Below are positions 18,791 to 27,960 of a stretch of 64,000 nt of DNA, piece after piece. The notes under the pieces are model-generated. The model worked only from the letters and a program-made list of their open reading frames with translations, made no database searches and was not told the origin of the DNA. Every line of letters starts with the position of its first letter. Positions within the stretch are counted from its first letter, which is position 1. The stretch comes from a virus. The stretch spans positions 1 through 64,000 of the IMG/VR virus record IMGVR_UViG_3300010354_000001. One strand, written 5' to 3'. Made by a program: the position numbers and the translations under genes.

Positions 18791-19239
18791 TAATCTACTT
18801 TTGTTTCCTCAGCAGCTTCGTCTTTAGTCTCTTCTTTAGCTTCCTCAGTTTCTACTTTAACTTCCTCAGATCCTTTGGTTTTGCCTCTAGGTGCTGGCTT
18901 AGGTTTAGCGTTAGCTCCAATATCAGCAGCAAAGTTACTTTTCACAGCTTCTTTTTCTGCCTCTTCTTTCTCGTCCTCGACTAACTCAGTAACAGTTTTA
19001 GTGGTAAGTAATAATCTTTCGATCTTAGGGGAGATAGCTGTACCTCCAATGAAAGTAGTAGCTGTTACGTACTTGTTAGGGCTGTTTTTGAATTTTTCAT
19101 AAAGATCCTTAGATATTTCTACAGGTGTACCTTTAGTTAAAGTGATTCCTTCTACAGTTTGACTTTGGTCTATAGAGTAATTTAACTCGGCAAAATATGT
19201 TTTAATTTTTTTCTCAATCATGCTATAATTATACTCCAT
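18790..19239 (-). CDS. Hypothetical protein after capsid gene (likely start 19221)
   Basis: ORF with E/K-rich tail; TATAAT 6 nt upstream of the second Met. Confidence 0.7.
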   Translation of the reverse strand: MEYNYSMIEKKIKTYFAELNYSIDQSQTVEGITLTKGTPVEISKDLYEKFKNSPNKYVTATTFIGGTAISPKIERLLLTTKTVTELVEDEKEEAEKEAVKSNFAADIGANAKPKPAPRGKTKGSEEVKVETEEAKEETKDEAAEETKVD

Positions 19240-19260
19240 GAGTCACTGGTCTCCAAATAA

Positions 19261-19290
19261 AAAAGGTGCGAAGAGAACTTCACACCTTTT
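19261..19290 (-). terminator. Intrinsic terminator after major capsid gene
   Basis: AAAAGGTG...CACCTTTT stem with a T-run on the minus strand. Confidence 0.75.
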
Positions 19291-19312
19291 AACAAATAGT
19301 ATTTTAAGTAAA

Positions 19313-20311
19313 TTAAGAAAGTGTTTGGTAAACAACTCCTTTAAGTTCTTCCCAACCTAGACCGTAGTTAGCGTGAACAAATAGGTTTTGTCTATCTAAG
19401 TACTTGTCGTAGTCAGTTAAGAATCGCATAGATTCAGTGTGTGGAGCGAATATCATATTCTTAGGGTTTGTAAGTAGGATTACTCCTTCAGGGATGAACT
19501 CATCGCCGATAACAGGGATACCGTTAAGAGCGACTGGAGCTCTACCGTTGTGATAAGTATCTCCAAGTGGAGTTAATCTCTTACCTAAAGCAGATCTTAA
19601 ACGTAGTAAGTTTTTAGCAGACATGATGAACGCCATATCTTCTGAGGCTGAGAAGTACTCAGATGCCAAGCTAGTAAGCATAGCTTCTAATACTTTTTCG
19701 ATTATAGGGTTAACTATATCAAACGCAGCGTTTAGAGTAACTGATCCTGCTGGATTAACTTGTGCAGTTACAGGGTTGTTAGCTGCTTGTTTGATCCAAC
19801 CATCGAATTTTCTCATTACTGCTTGCTTGTTAGCGTTAGCATCAACGAACGCAGTGTCAGCTAATAACAAGTTAGATAAGATGTTAGATGATAGTTTTTT
19901 GTAGAATAAATCTTCGTGCTTTCTGATTAATAGAGCTGACCCACCATTAATATCTCTCATAGCTTCGTGTGTGATGAATGTAGCTGCAGAAATATCTTTT
20001 GGTGATAGATCTACATAACCGAAAGAAGATGTGCTATACTGACCAGAAGTAGGAGCGGTATTTTCAGTCTTCGCATAAAGAACCCAGTCGTCAAATAAGA
20101 TTTTAGGGATTCTGAAGTTAGGGCCGTTTAGAACTTCTGTTCTAACTACACTTAAAAGTGTCGGGCTTAGGACTAACTGAGAAATAAAATCTTGTTTTAC
20201 TTCTAAAGGGATATTAACCCCAGCAGCACTACCTACTGTGCTAAGTAAACCATCTTTTTGTAAGGTTTCCTTATCTTTAATTATAATGTCTAGTATGTTT
20301 TCGTTTGGCAT
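19313..20311 (-). CDS. Major capsid protein (HK97 fold, P2 GpN-like)
   Basis: 332 aa; FDGWIKQA, RLTPLGD, NGIPVI, ILLTNPKNMIF; follows protease/scaffold and precedes a terminator. Confidence 0.88.
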   Translation of the reverse strand: MPNENILDIIIKDKETLQKDGLLSTVGSAAGVNIPLEVKQDFISQLVLSPTLLSVVRTEVLNGPNFRIPKILFDDWVLYAKTENTAPTSGQYSTSSFGYVDLSPKDISAATFITHEAMRDINGGSALLIRKHEDLFYKKLSSNILSNLLLADTAFVDANANKQAVMRKFDGWIKQAANNPVTAQVNPAGSVTLNAAFDIVNPIIEKVLEAMLTSLASEYFSASEDMAFIMSAKNLLRLRSALGKRLTPLGDTYHNGRAPVALNGIPVIGDEFIPEGVILLTNPKNMIFAPHTESMRFLTDYDKYLDRQNLFVHANYGLGWEELKGVVYQTLS

Positions 20312-20325
20312 AATTTTCTCCTGGT

Positions 20326-21270
20326 CTATTTTAATTGCTCGCAGATTGATAGAAACGCACTTTTTCTTACGTTTCCTTTGGCTTCCTCTTTAGTATCCGC
20401 TTTGGTAGCTTCTATTTCAGAAGAATTTGATCCTAGTTTTGAATCCTCAACACTCTTAATAAGAGTCTCGTACTTAACTTGTGACTCTTTAGCTTGAGTT
20501 TCAAACTTCTCAGTTTTAGCTAACAATTCAGCAAACTTACCCTCGTAAGCTTCTAAAGCCTCTTTAGCTTTAGCTATCTCTTTAGCTAGTTCTGCATTTT
20601 CAGTTTTGATAGTTTCTAAAGCTTTTTCAGCTTCTTCTAATTTACTTTCTACAGAAGGAGTAGCAACTTCGTCTACTTTGATCTCTTCTTTTACTTCTTC
20701 TTTAATCTCTTCTTTTACTTCTTCAACTTCATCTTTCTTAAGATTAGTTAGAGCAGATTCTAAAGTTTTGATTAATTTATCTATTGTTTTGCTCATATTT
20801 ATTTCGTCTTGATCTATTATCTGATCTGCTAAAAGTGTACTACAAGTTTTTTCAGCTATAGAATCCTCGTCTTCTTCGTCCTCGTCTTCGTCTTCCTCGT
20901 CTTCGTCATCAGACGTAATTCTTGGGTCGTTAACCCAAATAGTAAATCCCTCACCTTTAATCTCAGTGAGTTTTTCTTCCACGTTAAAATCCTTAGAGTA
21001 TATGATGTACTGTTCGTTCTCTACAGACCAAGCAGACTCATCGTAAATATCAGCATCGTCAAAGTTCTTCTCCACAAAAGCCATACCAACATTCATGTCG
21101 GTAAAAGCTATTTTCTTAATTTCAGTTCCAGTTTTTCTTTCTGATTTTAAGGTAAATCTTTTTTGATTAGCTCCACGATTAACTAAGCTGATTTTTACTG
21201 GATCAGCATCCTCTATCATATTTACTGTTCTTGCGTAAACCATTTTTTTAGGCTTCATGTTTAACCTCAA
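20326..21270 (-). CDS. Putative scaffold / protease-associated protein
   Basis: ISLVNRGANQKRF motif, acidic tract, long coiled coil. Confidence 0.7.
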   Translation of the reverse strand: MRLNMKPKKMVYARTVNMIEDADPVKISLVNRGANQKRFTLKSERKTGTEIKKIAFTDMNVGMAFVEKNFDDADIYDESAWSVENEQYIIYSKDFNVEEKLTEIKGEGFTIWVNDPRITSDDEDEEDEDEDEEDEDSIAEKTCSTLLADQIIDQDEINMSKTIDKLIKTLESALTNLKKDEVEEVKEEIKEEVKEEIKVDEVATPSVESKLEEAEKALETIKTENAELAKEIAKAKEALEAYEGKFAELLAKTEKFETQAKESQVKYETLIKSVEDSKLGSNSSEIEATKADTKEEAKGNVRKSAFLSICEQLK

Positions 21271-21868
21271 ATCTATGTGCGTGACCGTTAGTTATGTCTG
21301 TGGCAGAAGTTCCAGACATAGTGTGCGAGTGTCCTTTATCCTCGCTTGTGTAACCTTTGACAATCAAACCAGCCCCATCAAACTCTGCATAGAACACGTG
21401 TGAGTGTCCCTCAGTATCCTCTGTTACCCCAGTAGCGTAAGCTACAGACTCAAAAGGAACTACTGTAGGAATAGTGTAAGCTTTAACCTCATAACTAAAT
21501 CCGTTAAGAATACCACGTTTAGCTAGATCCCAAACCGCATCATCCTCTATCTTTATAGCTACTATCCAAGAGCCTTCTTTAAAATCTAAATCTCCTTTTC
21601 TAGCAATAAAACTTTCTACTGGGTAAGCATTAATAGCTTGCTGGTTATGTTGAATGTCTATTACTTTAGATAGGTCTGGCAACTTTAAAAATTTATACGC
21701 TAGCTTTTCTATCTCTATAGAAGTCATCATGTCTCCATGTGCATCTACTACGTTAGGTTCGTATACTAAACCGTAAGCTATTTTCTTTTCGTCTGAGAAC
21801 TTTTTAAGTTCAAGTTTGTTACCTTCAGGCATATCCCTAAGTGTACTATCGTGTAGTAACACTACCAT
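21248..21868 (-). CDS. XkdF-like prohead serine protease (likely start 21832)
   Basis: YGLVYEPNVVDAHGD, IDIQHN, VESFIA, GSWIV, GILNGFS; His-rich C-terminal GHSH repeats. Confidence 0.88.
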   Translation of the reverse strand: MVVLLHDSTLRDMPEGNKLELKKFSDEKKIAYGLVYEPNVVDAHGDMMTSIEIEKLAYKFLKLPDLSKVIDIQHNQQAINAYPVESFIARKGDLDFKEGSWIVAIKIEDDAVWDLAKRGILNGFSYEVKAYTIPTVVPFESVAYATGVTEDTEGHSHVFYAEFDGAGLIVKGYTSEDKGHSHTMSGTSATDITNGHAHRFEVKHEA

Positions 21869-22769
21869 CTGACCCTACTAACGTAGATCTGCAATTAGGA
21901 TGGTACATACCAGGCACAGGAACGCCTGCATCCTGCAAACTATCTTTATCTATATAAGGATTTACTCTTGTGGAAATCTCAGGACTAGTAGAGTAATAAG
22001 ATCTCATTCCTATTAATGAAGTATCTACTCTATATATGTTGCCATCTAGACTAGTACATATTTCAGTAGTTTTATCGTCTAAAACTGCATCGTATCTATA
22101 ATAAATTACATTAGCTTGACTTAGTTTTTCTAAATATGCTAAATGGTAGAATTTACTCACCTCGGAATTAGCTAACATAGAGAAGTAAGAGTTTTCATTA
22201 AAAGCTTTATTTATATACTCCTCTGTTAAGTTTTCGACATTCTCTATTCTAGGTATAAGTATTCTTCTAGCAAAATTATCCGCATAAAATACAGCCTTTT
22301 CTACTATGTTATTTACATATCTATCAACACCTATAGAGGTCTCGTTATTAAGAAGTGAGTTATATACTGAGTTACTTATAACTCCACGAAGTCTAGCTAA
22401 TCTTATAGAGTCATCTACTGCTATTTTAAATAGCTCGCTAAAGAATTTGGATAATTCAGATCTGTCACTGTTAGTAATAATCGCAGTATTTCTAAGCCTG
22501 TCTAAATTATTAGTTAAAAATACTCTAGACTGCGGAGATATTTGATTTGTTTTAATGCCTCTAATAATCTCAGCTTTTATAGTTTCAGTTCTAGTTATAA
22601 ATAGTCCAGCCAAGAAAGCTGCTAACTCCTTCTCTCTAGCTGTAATATTTTCTACTTGTCTTTCTTCCTGCTTTCTAAAAATACTAAAGACAGACATATC
22701 TCTCTCAAATTTATACGTATTGGATTTTTCTATACCGTCTTTATAGTCTTGGCTTCTGAATAAATACAT
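21846..22769 (-). CDS. Minor head morphogenesis protein (SPP1 gp7 / Mu F-like)
   Basis: AVLDDKTTEICTSLDG and HPNCRS motifs. Confidence 0.9.
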   Translation of the reverse strand: MYLFRSQDYKDGIEKSNTYKFERDMSVFSIFRKQEERQVENITAREKELAAFLAGLFITRTETIKAEIIRGIKTNQISPQSRVFLTNNLDRLRNTAIITNSDRSELSKFFSELFKIAVDDSIRLARLRGVISNSVYNSLLNNETSIGVDRYVNNIVEKAVFYADNFARRILIPRIENVENLTEEYINKAFNENSYFSMLANSEVSKFYHLAYLEKLSQANVIYYRYDAVLDDKTTEICTSLDGNIYRVDTSLIGMRSYYSTSPEISTRVNPYIDKDSLQDAGVPVPGMYHPNCRSTLVGSDGSVTTR

Positions 22770-22770
22770 A

Positions 22771-24525
22771 TTAAGATTGTTGTCTTACTTGAGCATCCAT
22801 AGTTCCATTGTCTTGAACTATAGAACTATCTGCAGGAATAACTCCCTGCTCCAAGAATGACTCAAAGTCTTCGTTTGTAATTATTTTTCCTTCATTAGCT
22901 AAACTCTCTAAATAAGATTTAAAACTATCTCTTACTGAAGTAGCAGGGATAGATCCCCAGAAACTTGTGATGTTTGGAATCTCGGTATTTAGGGTATTAT
23001 TTAAGATATTGATAATCATGTTAGGGGTAAACGCACCACTAGCAATACCGTAGCGAATAGCCGTAAATATAGAATCTTGCTTCATTACGTTAGTGGGTCT
23101 GAATTTAAGACTCCAATGTTTATCTGTAAATCCATCATCGTCTACTAAGATAACTCTGGATATAAAATCCTCTAACTTTTTGCGTAAAGGTGCAAATACT
23201 TCAGCCTCAGCAGCAAGTATAGCTACTTCCGCAGCAGCTCTATCTCTAGCTTCGGATAAACCTATCAGTATAGGATCTATTCTAAAAGAACTCATAATAG
23301 TTCTGTTAGCAGCATCTTTATATTTCTGGAATATAGCATCGTCTTGACGTACATCACCTAAAGGTTTGATATCTAGTTTAGGTACAGGTATAGCCCCATC
23401 GTCAGATGCAGCATCCTCATCTCCTACCGCCTCAAGGAATAGAATATTATTAAAAGATTTCCCACCTCTTAAATTCTCAAAAGCTTGTGTAATTTGATTA
23501 TATGAGTTTTCGGTAAGTCCTCCGCCCGCAGTTAAAACTACCATAGCAGGTATCATGTTGTTTTGGAAGAAGGATAAGTTTACTTCGTTGCAGAGCTTAG
23601 AGCCTAGTATAGCTGTTAGCTGGTTAATCCAGACAGGGTGGGCATATAGACTATCAGGTTCATAATCAGTGATTTCGTAAATCTCTGTAGCTAATTTTCC
23701 ACCTCTGGCTAGAAAATTCGGTAAATCTGTTACTACTTGTCCTGTAGCAGAGTCTATGTCTCTCGGATCTTCAAATTCTTTAAAGTAAGTATAAGTTTTA
23801 GGGTTTCCAGCAGTGACTTGAGCGAATCTTCTAAAATACCTATCTACTGGAAGTTCTCTAATTTTCCCGTATCTTTTTAGTTTGCTTTTAACTACTACTG
23901 GCTTTTCGTCTTTCGCAGTTTTTCTCATAGTAACCGCAGGTACATGGTACAGAGCTAATACTTTAGACTTAGCTTTTGCTTCTATCTCATCTACAACATT
24001 TCCACGAACTACTTCTATATAAGCTCTGTTGAGCATTGCAAAGTCAGTAACTAGAGCATCAAAAAACTCATGCCCATATTTATCTGGGTTTGGGTTATCT
24101 AACAAGTCTTGGAAAAATTCTTTCTTAAGTTTTACGTCAGCATTTTCTTGCTCTTCTGCCCTGCCTATGTAGTTAAGGGAGTAGCCATTACCTACTGCAT
24201 TTACTTGAATACATTTAATGGTTTGTTTTAATACATCGTTAGTATTAACTAGGACTACTAATTTTCTAGGGTGAAAGTCAGGCTCTACTACACTGAAAGC
24301 AGAGGTAGAACCTCTAGTAATTTCTGTAGGATCTGGGTCTTGTCTTGAATATTTAAAAATGTCTTGTTTGACTGAATCCACTAGAGGATCGTCTATCCTA
24401 GTAGAGACTCCCTTCATCTTATCTCTAGCTTTGCTTTTAAGGTAGGAATCAACTACCTCTCGCCTTATCCTATCTTCTTCGCTAAGAGGAGCTACTTTAT
24501 TTATATTTTTTCTTTGTCTAGCCAT
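22771..24525 (-). CDS. Portal protein (PBSX-like)
   Basis: AYIEVVR, LYHVPAVTMR, FFQNNMIP, DDAIFQKY, SSFRIDPILIG. Confidence 0.9.
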   Translation of the reverse strand: MARQRKNINKVAPLSEEDRIRREVVDSYLKSKARDKMKGVSTRIDDPLVDSVKQDIFKYSRQDPDPTEITRGSTSAFSVVEPDFHPRKLVVLVNTNDVLKQTIKCIQVNAVGNGYSLNYIGRAEEQENADVKLKKEFFQDLLDNPNPDKYGHEFFDALVTDFAMLNRAYIEVVRGNVVDEIEAKAKSKVLALYHVPAVTMRKTAKDEKPVVVKSKLKRYGKIRELPVDRYFRRFAQVTAGNPKTYTYFKEFEDPRDIDSATGQVVTDLPNFLARGGKLATEIYEITDYEPDSLYAHPVWINQLTAILGSKLCNEVNLSFFQNNMIPAMVVLTAGGGLTENSYNQITQAFENLRGGKSFNNILFLEAVGDEDAASDDGAIPVPKLDIKPLGDVRQDDAIFQKYKDAANRTIMSSFRIDPILIGLSEARDRAAAEVAILAAEAEVFAPLRKKLEDFISRVILVDDDGFTDKHWSLKFRPTNVMKQDSIFTAIRYGIASGAFTPNMIINILNNTLNTEIPNITSFWGSIPATSVRDSFKSYLESLANEGKIITNEDFESFLEQGVIPADSSIVQDNGTMDAQVRQQS

Positions 24526-24537
24526 GCTACTATATTG

Positions 24538-24933
24538 TTACTCGCAAATTCGTTCTATTACTTCCATAGAGTATGCCTGAAGTGCGGTATGTATAGAACT
24601 TTTAAAATCAGCACTACACAAGGTACTAAATCTAGGATCATCGAATATTAAAACTAATTTTTTTTGGGTTAAGGCTTTGTCAGCCGTATGAACTATATCT
24701 ACATAAAGTCTTGTTTGAGCATCTAAAAAAGCTAAGGATTCTTTATCTGTTGTTGGTTTCCATTTAGCTTTAACTCCCTCATAATAAGAATGTTTTTCAT
24801 CGCAAGCATCTGAACAGAATATATGTTTTTTAGCTTCTTGGTATTGCTGGAGCTTCTTTACTCCTAGAGGGGTACATTCTGCACCACAGTAGGTACAGTT
24901 GGGGATGAATAATTTACTTTTGTAATTCGACAT
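24538..24933 (-). CDS. Hypothetical Zn-finger protein
   Basis: CTYCG...FCSDAC. Confidence 0.7.
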   Translation of the reverse strand: MSNYKSKLFIPNCTYCGAECTPLGVKKLQQYQEAKKHIFCSDACDEKHSYYEGVKAKWKPTTDKESLAFLDAQTRLYVDIVHTADKALTQKKLVLIFDDPRFSTLCSADFKSSIHTALQAYSMEVIERICE

Positions 24934-24965
24934 ACGTATTTCTGCACGTAATTATACCTCGATGT

Positions 24966-25331
24966 ATGTTATACTTGAATCAGGTGCAAATAACTGATTT
25001 ACTAACCATAAAAAACAATAACTTTAACCCTATAAAGCATAGAGAGTTATTAGCTAAGGACGTAAGATACCAAATAGATATTGATTTAATGGCCACTAAT
25101 GTAGCTAGGGCAGTATCTTTAATAGAGGATTATTTTTTAGATCAGGTTGCAGATGAGGTGGATTTAAGCCCCATGTTAGCCATAAAAGACAAAGATCAAT
25201 CACTACACATAATATATGTTCCTTTGGGAGATTTTACCTATACCTACAACGATAGCAAAGGACATAGTAACTGCCATATATTAATGGATGCTATAGAAGC
25301 TTACTTTAGGGTTAAGATTTTCAAAGTTTAA
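24966..25331 (+). CDS. Hypothetical protein
   Basis: 121 aa ORF filling the gap between minus-strand genes. Confidence 0.65.
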   Translation: MLYLNQVQITDLLTIKNNNFNPIKHRELLAKDVRYQIDIDLMATNVARAVSLIEDYFLDQVADEVDLSPMLAIKDKDQSLHIIYVPLGDFTYTYNDSKGHSNCHILMDAIEAYFRVKIFKV

Positions 25332-25600
25332 ACAAACCCTTCTAAAGAACCATCTATTATATGCAGCCTACTTAGATACTTGCATTTGACAGCTTTAAAA
25401 TTATTATGCCCTTCTTGAGCTATTTTAAGTTTTATAGTTCTTGGGGAAATTACAAGTATAGGAGCACCTACTCTAACTTCTTTTTCACCTACTTTAAGTA
25501 AGTCTTCTGGTTTACATAAATAGTCGCCTTTTGCATATACTTTGTAAATTATGTACCCTTTCGAAGATAAGAATCTGAGTAAATCTCTTTTAAGAATCAT
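25328..25600 (-). CDS. Hypothetical protein
   Basis: ORF; start overlaps the stop of the upstream gene. Confidence 0.6.
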   Translation of the reverse strand: MILKRDLLRFLSSKGYIIYKVYAKGDYLCKPEDLLKVGEKEVRVGAPILVISPRTIKLKIAQEGHNNFKAVKCKYLSRLHIIDGSLEGFV

Positions 25601-25959
25601 ATTAAAGGATTAGGTAATATCTTTAAATTGGAACTTGAGAAGGTCAAAGGGATAGGCACAAAGTCTGTCAAAGCTCCATACTTTAAACCAAAGCCTATGG
25701 TATAGGATTTATTCTTTTGTAGTTTATTTGAGGCAAAGTCAGAAGTATTAAAAGTTATAATTATAAACTTATTTGGGGCATCTACTACTAGCCCATTATT
25801 AGTTATAGTTTTTTCTATGACTATAGAACTTCCAGACTTTATAGTAATCTTAGCATCCGTTATTTGTGCCATAGAAGTTATAGAATAGCTGTTACTAAGT
25901 AATAGCTTAGTCATGCTAATTCTCTGGGATCGTATATCTCCTTCTAGCCTATCCATCAC
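25597..25959 (-). CDS. Hypothetical protein (BppU-like Ig fold possible)
   Basis: Beta-rich 120 aa ORF. Confidence 0.6.
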   Translation of the reverse strand: MMDRLEGDIRSQRISMTKLLLSNSYSITSMAQITDAKITIKSGSSIVIEKTITNNGLVVDAPNKFIIITFNTSDFASNKLQKNKSYTIGFGLKYGALTDFVPIPLTFSSSNLKILPNPLI

Positions 25960-26101
25960 AAATATCCTCTATCTCCAACTCCTCATCGAAGCTGTAGTCT
26001 ATCTCTAATTGTAGGTCGTGTTCAGGCAGGTAGTCTGGTAAGACTATTCCCCCACCCCCAGAGGGTTTAAATTCTTTTAAAGCTAACCATTTAAACCACA
26101 C
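25949..26101 (-). CDS. Small hypothetical protein (50 aa, not in ORF track)
   Basis: GTG TGG TTT AAA TGG...GGA TAG fills the gap between two co-oriented genes. Confidence 0.5.
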   Translation of the reverse strand: MWFKWLALKEFKPSGGGGIVLPDYLPEHDLQLEIDYSFDEELEIEDICDG

Positions 26102-26103
26102 GA

Positions 26104-26613
26104 TTATATCTTCCTAATTTCAAAAATCTCAGTAGTAGAGTCTACTCCATCAGAATCTTTAGTGCTGAATTGCAGTATCGGGGTAGTTTCGTCATCATCG
26201 TAGACTATGAGCCTATTTGTTAGTTCGTCTATTTTAGATGTGTTAGTTATTAGTTTTCTAATCAATTCTATTGTAGTTAAGTTATTTAATCTTGAGTCAT
26301 TAGTTAGCAGTGGGTTAATAGGTATAGCGTTTACGCTAGTCTGGGTAGCTCTTGTAGAGATGTCAGCATCAAGCTTGTTGATAGTTTCTTTAGTGCCGTC
26401 CCAATAAAGTTCGCCATAGCCTACTAAAGTAGGCCCCTCTTTGAAAACTACAAAATAGTTACCTGCTGCTAATGCAGGTACATTGCCAAAATAATGACCA
26501 GTAGTACCTCTTTCACTTAAAGAGATATTAGAAGCGGTTACTGTTGACCCGTTTAGAATATCAGCTGTAATGGTTCTGCCAGTAGATAGTAAAATATTTA
26601 GTTCGTTAGGCAT
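26104..26613 (-). CDS. Hypothetical virion-associated protein
   Basis: LSERGTTGHY..G.LYWDG, LIVYDDDETTPI. Confidence 0.7.
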   Translation of the reverse strand: MPNELNILLSTGRTITADILNGSTVTASNISLSERGTTGHYFGNVPALAAGNYFVVFKEGPTLVGYGELYWDGTKETINKLDADISTRATQTSVNAIPINPLLTNDSRLNNLTTIELIRKLITNTSKIDELTNRLIVYDDDETTPILQFSTKDSDGVDSTTEIFEIRKI

Positions 26614-26675
26614 GTCTAAAGTGTAGTCTATGAGTCTATGTATGTCTCAGGGGGTAAGTCCGTTTTGTTTTATCC

Positions 26676-26819
26676 TCACACAAGTCTCCACGTTCCGCCT
26701 ACACTCACATGGACAGTTGCTTGCTTCCACACACCTGATACATTAACATAATAAACCCCTTGTCTCCAAACGCCGCCTACGTTGGCAAATACTTTTGTGA
26801 CACTTGTTACTGTTGGCAT
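26676..26819 (-). CDS. Small V-x-G-x-W-R/K repeat peptide (47 aa, not in ORF track)
   Basis: MPTVTSVTKVFANVGGVWRQGVYYVNVSGVWKQATVHVSVGGTWRLV; preceded by AAGGAG. Confidence 0.75.
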   Translation of the reverse strand: MPTVTSVTKVFANVGGVWRQGVYYVNVSGVWKQATVHVSVGGTWRLV

Positions 26820-26828
26820 CCGTCTCCT

Positions 26829-27557
26829 TTAAGGTGTGTATTGTAACCAAACGTCTCCATCTACTCCGCCTGTTGGGGCAGAACTTGAAATTGTTACCTT
26901 TCTTTTTTGATCTGCATTTAAAGTATTTTCTTTACCGCTTAAAGCTGTTTGTAATCCAGATATATCTGTTATTCCTAAAGTTACATTCTTATACAAAGAA
27001 TCTACTGAGTCATAAGCGATTACTTGTTTGTTTAATGGGTTAACTATAAGTACATTATGCAGTTCTTCTAGCTCATACCCATTAACTACTCTTATTTCTA
27101 CAGATCCTTGATTAGTATGAGAGCGAGTTACTACTCCTAAGTACACTGAATGGTTAGGAGCTTGGGGTTTAGTGGTAGTAAATCCTCCTGCTACAGTAGG
27201 GGATAGCCATAAAACAGCCCCCTCTGCAAATGTAGAAGTATTAAATCCTTCTAAGCTACCAGCACAGACCGCAAATCCGTTCTGGTTAGTTAGTATGTCG
27301 TTCTGAACGACTCCAAAAGTTCCAGATGATGTAGCCTCGCTATTAGCTTGAGCCCTAATAGCTAAAGGCTTATTTCCGCTAACCCCAGATAAATAAACCA
27401 CAGTACCTTTAGTTAAAGTAGTTCCTGTTTGATTTCTGATCTGAGCTACTAGGATTCTAGATTCTCCAGCAGCTATATAAGTATCTATTTGAGCATGGGT
27501 ATTTATTCCTATGTCAGATAATGTTGTATGCGAGAAAGTAGTAGGATGTCCTTTCAA
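26829..27557 (-). CDS. Virion fibre/decoration protein
   Basis: RNQTGTTLTKGTVVYLSG, ISGLQTAL, C-terminal SSSAPTGGVDGDVWLQY. Confidence 0.75.
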   Translation of the reverse strand: MKGHPTTFSHTTLSDIGINTHAQIDTYIAAGESRILVAQIRNQTGTTLTKGTVVYLSGVSGNKPLAIRAQANSEATSSGTFGVVQNDILTNQNGFAVCAGSLEGFNTSTFAEGAVLWLSPTVAGGFTTTKPQAPNHSVYLGVVTRSHTNQGSVEIRVVNGYELEELHNVLIVNPLNKQVIAYDSVDSLYKNVTLGITDISGLQTALSGKENTLNADQKRKVTISSSAPTGGVDGDVWLQYTP

Positions 27558-27958
27558 TTAAGTAAGTTCTCCATTATTGTAGTTAATCTATTAATTAGCC
27601 GTACGGCTAAATCTGGATCTATTTTATTTGTGTTTTTATCTTCTGTAAAATCACTAATTAATAATTCTATATCTTGTATATTTAATTTTTCGTTAGGTAC
27701 AACATAATCTAGGCTTGGGTTTTCGTGTTTAATATAGAAAGCTAATTTATCCCTATCTTCCCTAGAAAGGCTTTTAAATAAATGTTTTAAATTTAAATCA
27801 AACGTAAAAGTTTTTTTAAAGTCTTCTAGTTCTTGTGGCGTTAGTTTAACTATAGTTTCTTTTACTGGTGAGCCTACTGCTTGCTCATTTTCATAAAAGT
27901 ATATTCTCTTTAAATACTCATCGCCTTGTTTAAATGGTTTTTGCTCTACTTGGTACAT
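27554..27958 (-). CDS. Hypothetical protein
   Basis: 134 aa ORF in operon. Confidence 0.7.
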   Translation of the reverse strand: MYQVEQKPFKQGDEYLKRIYFYENEQAVGSPVKETIVKLTPQELEDFKKTFTFDLNLKHLFKSLSREDRDKLAFYIKHENPSLDYVVPNEKLNIQDIELLISDFTEDKNTNKIDPDLAVRLINRLTTIMENLLN

Positions 27959-27960
27959 AA

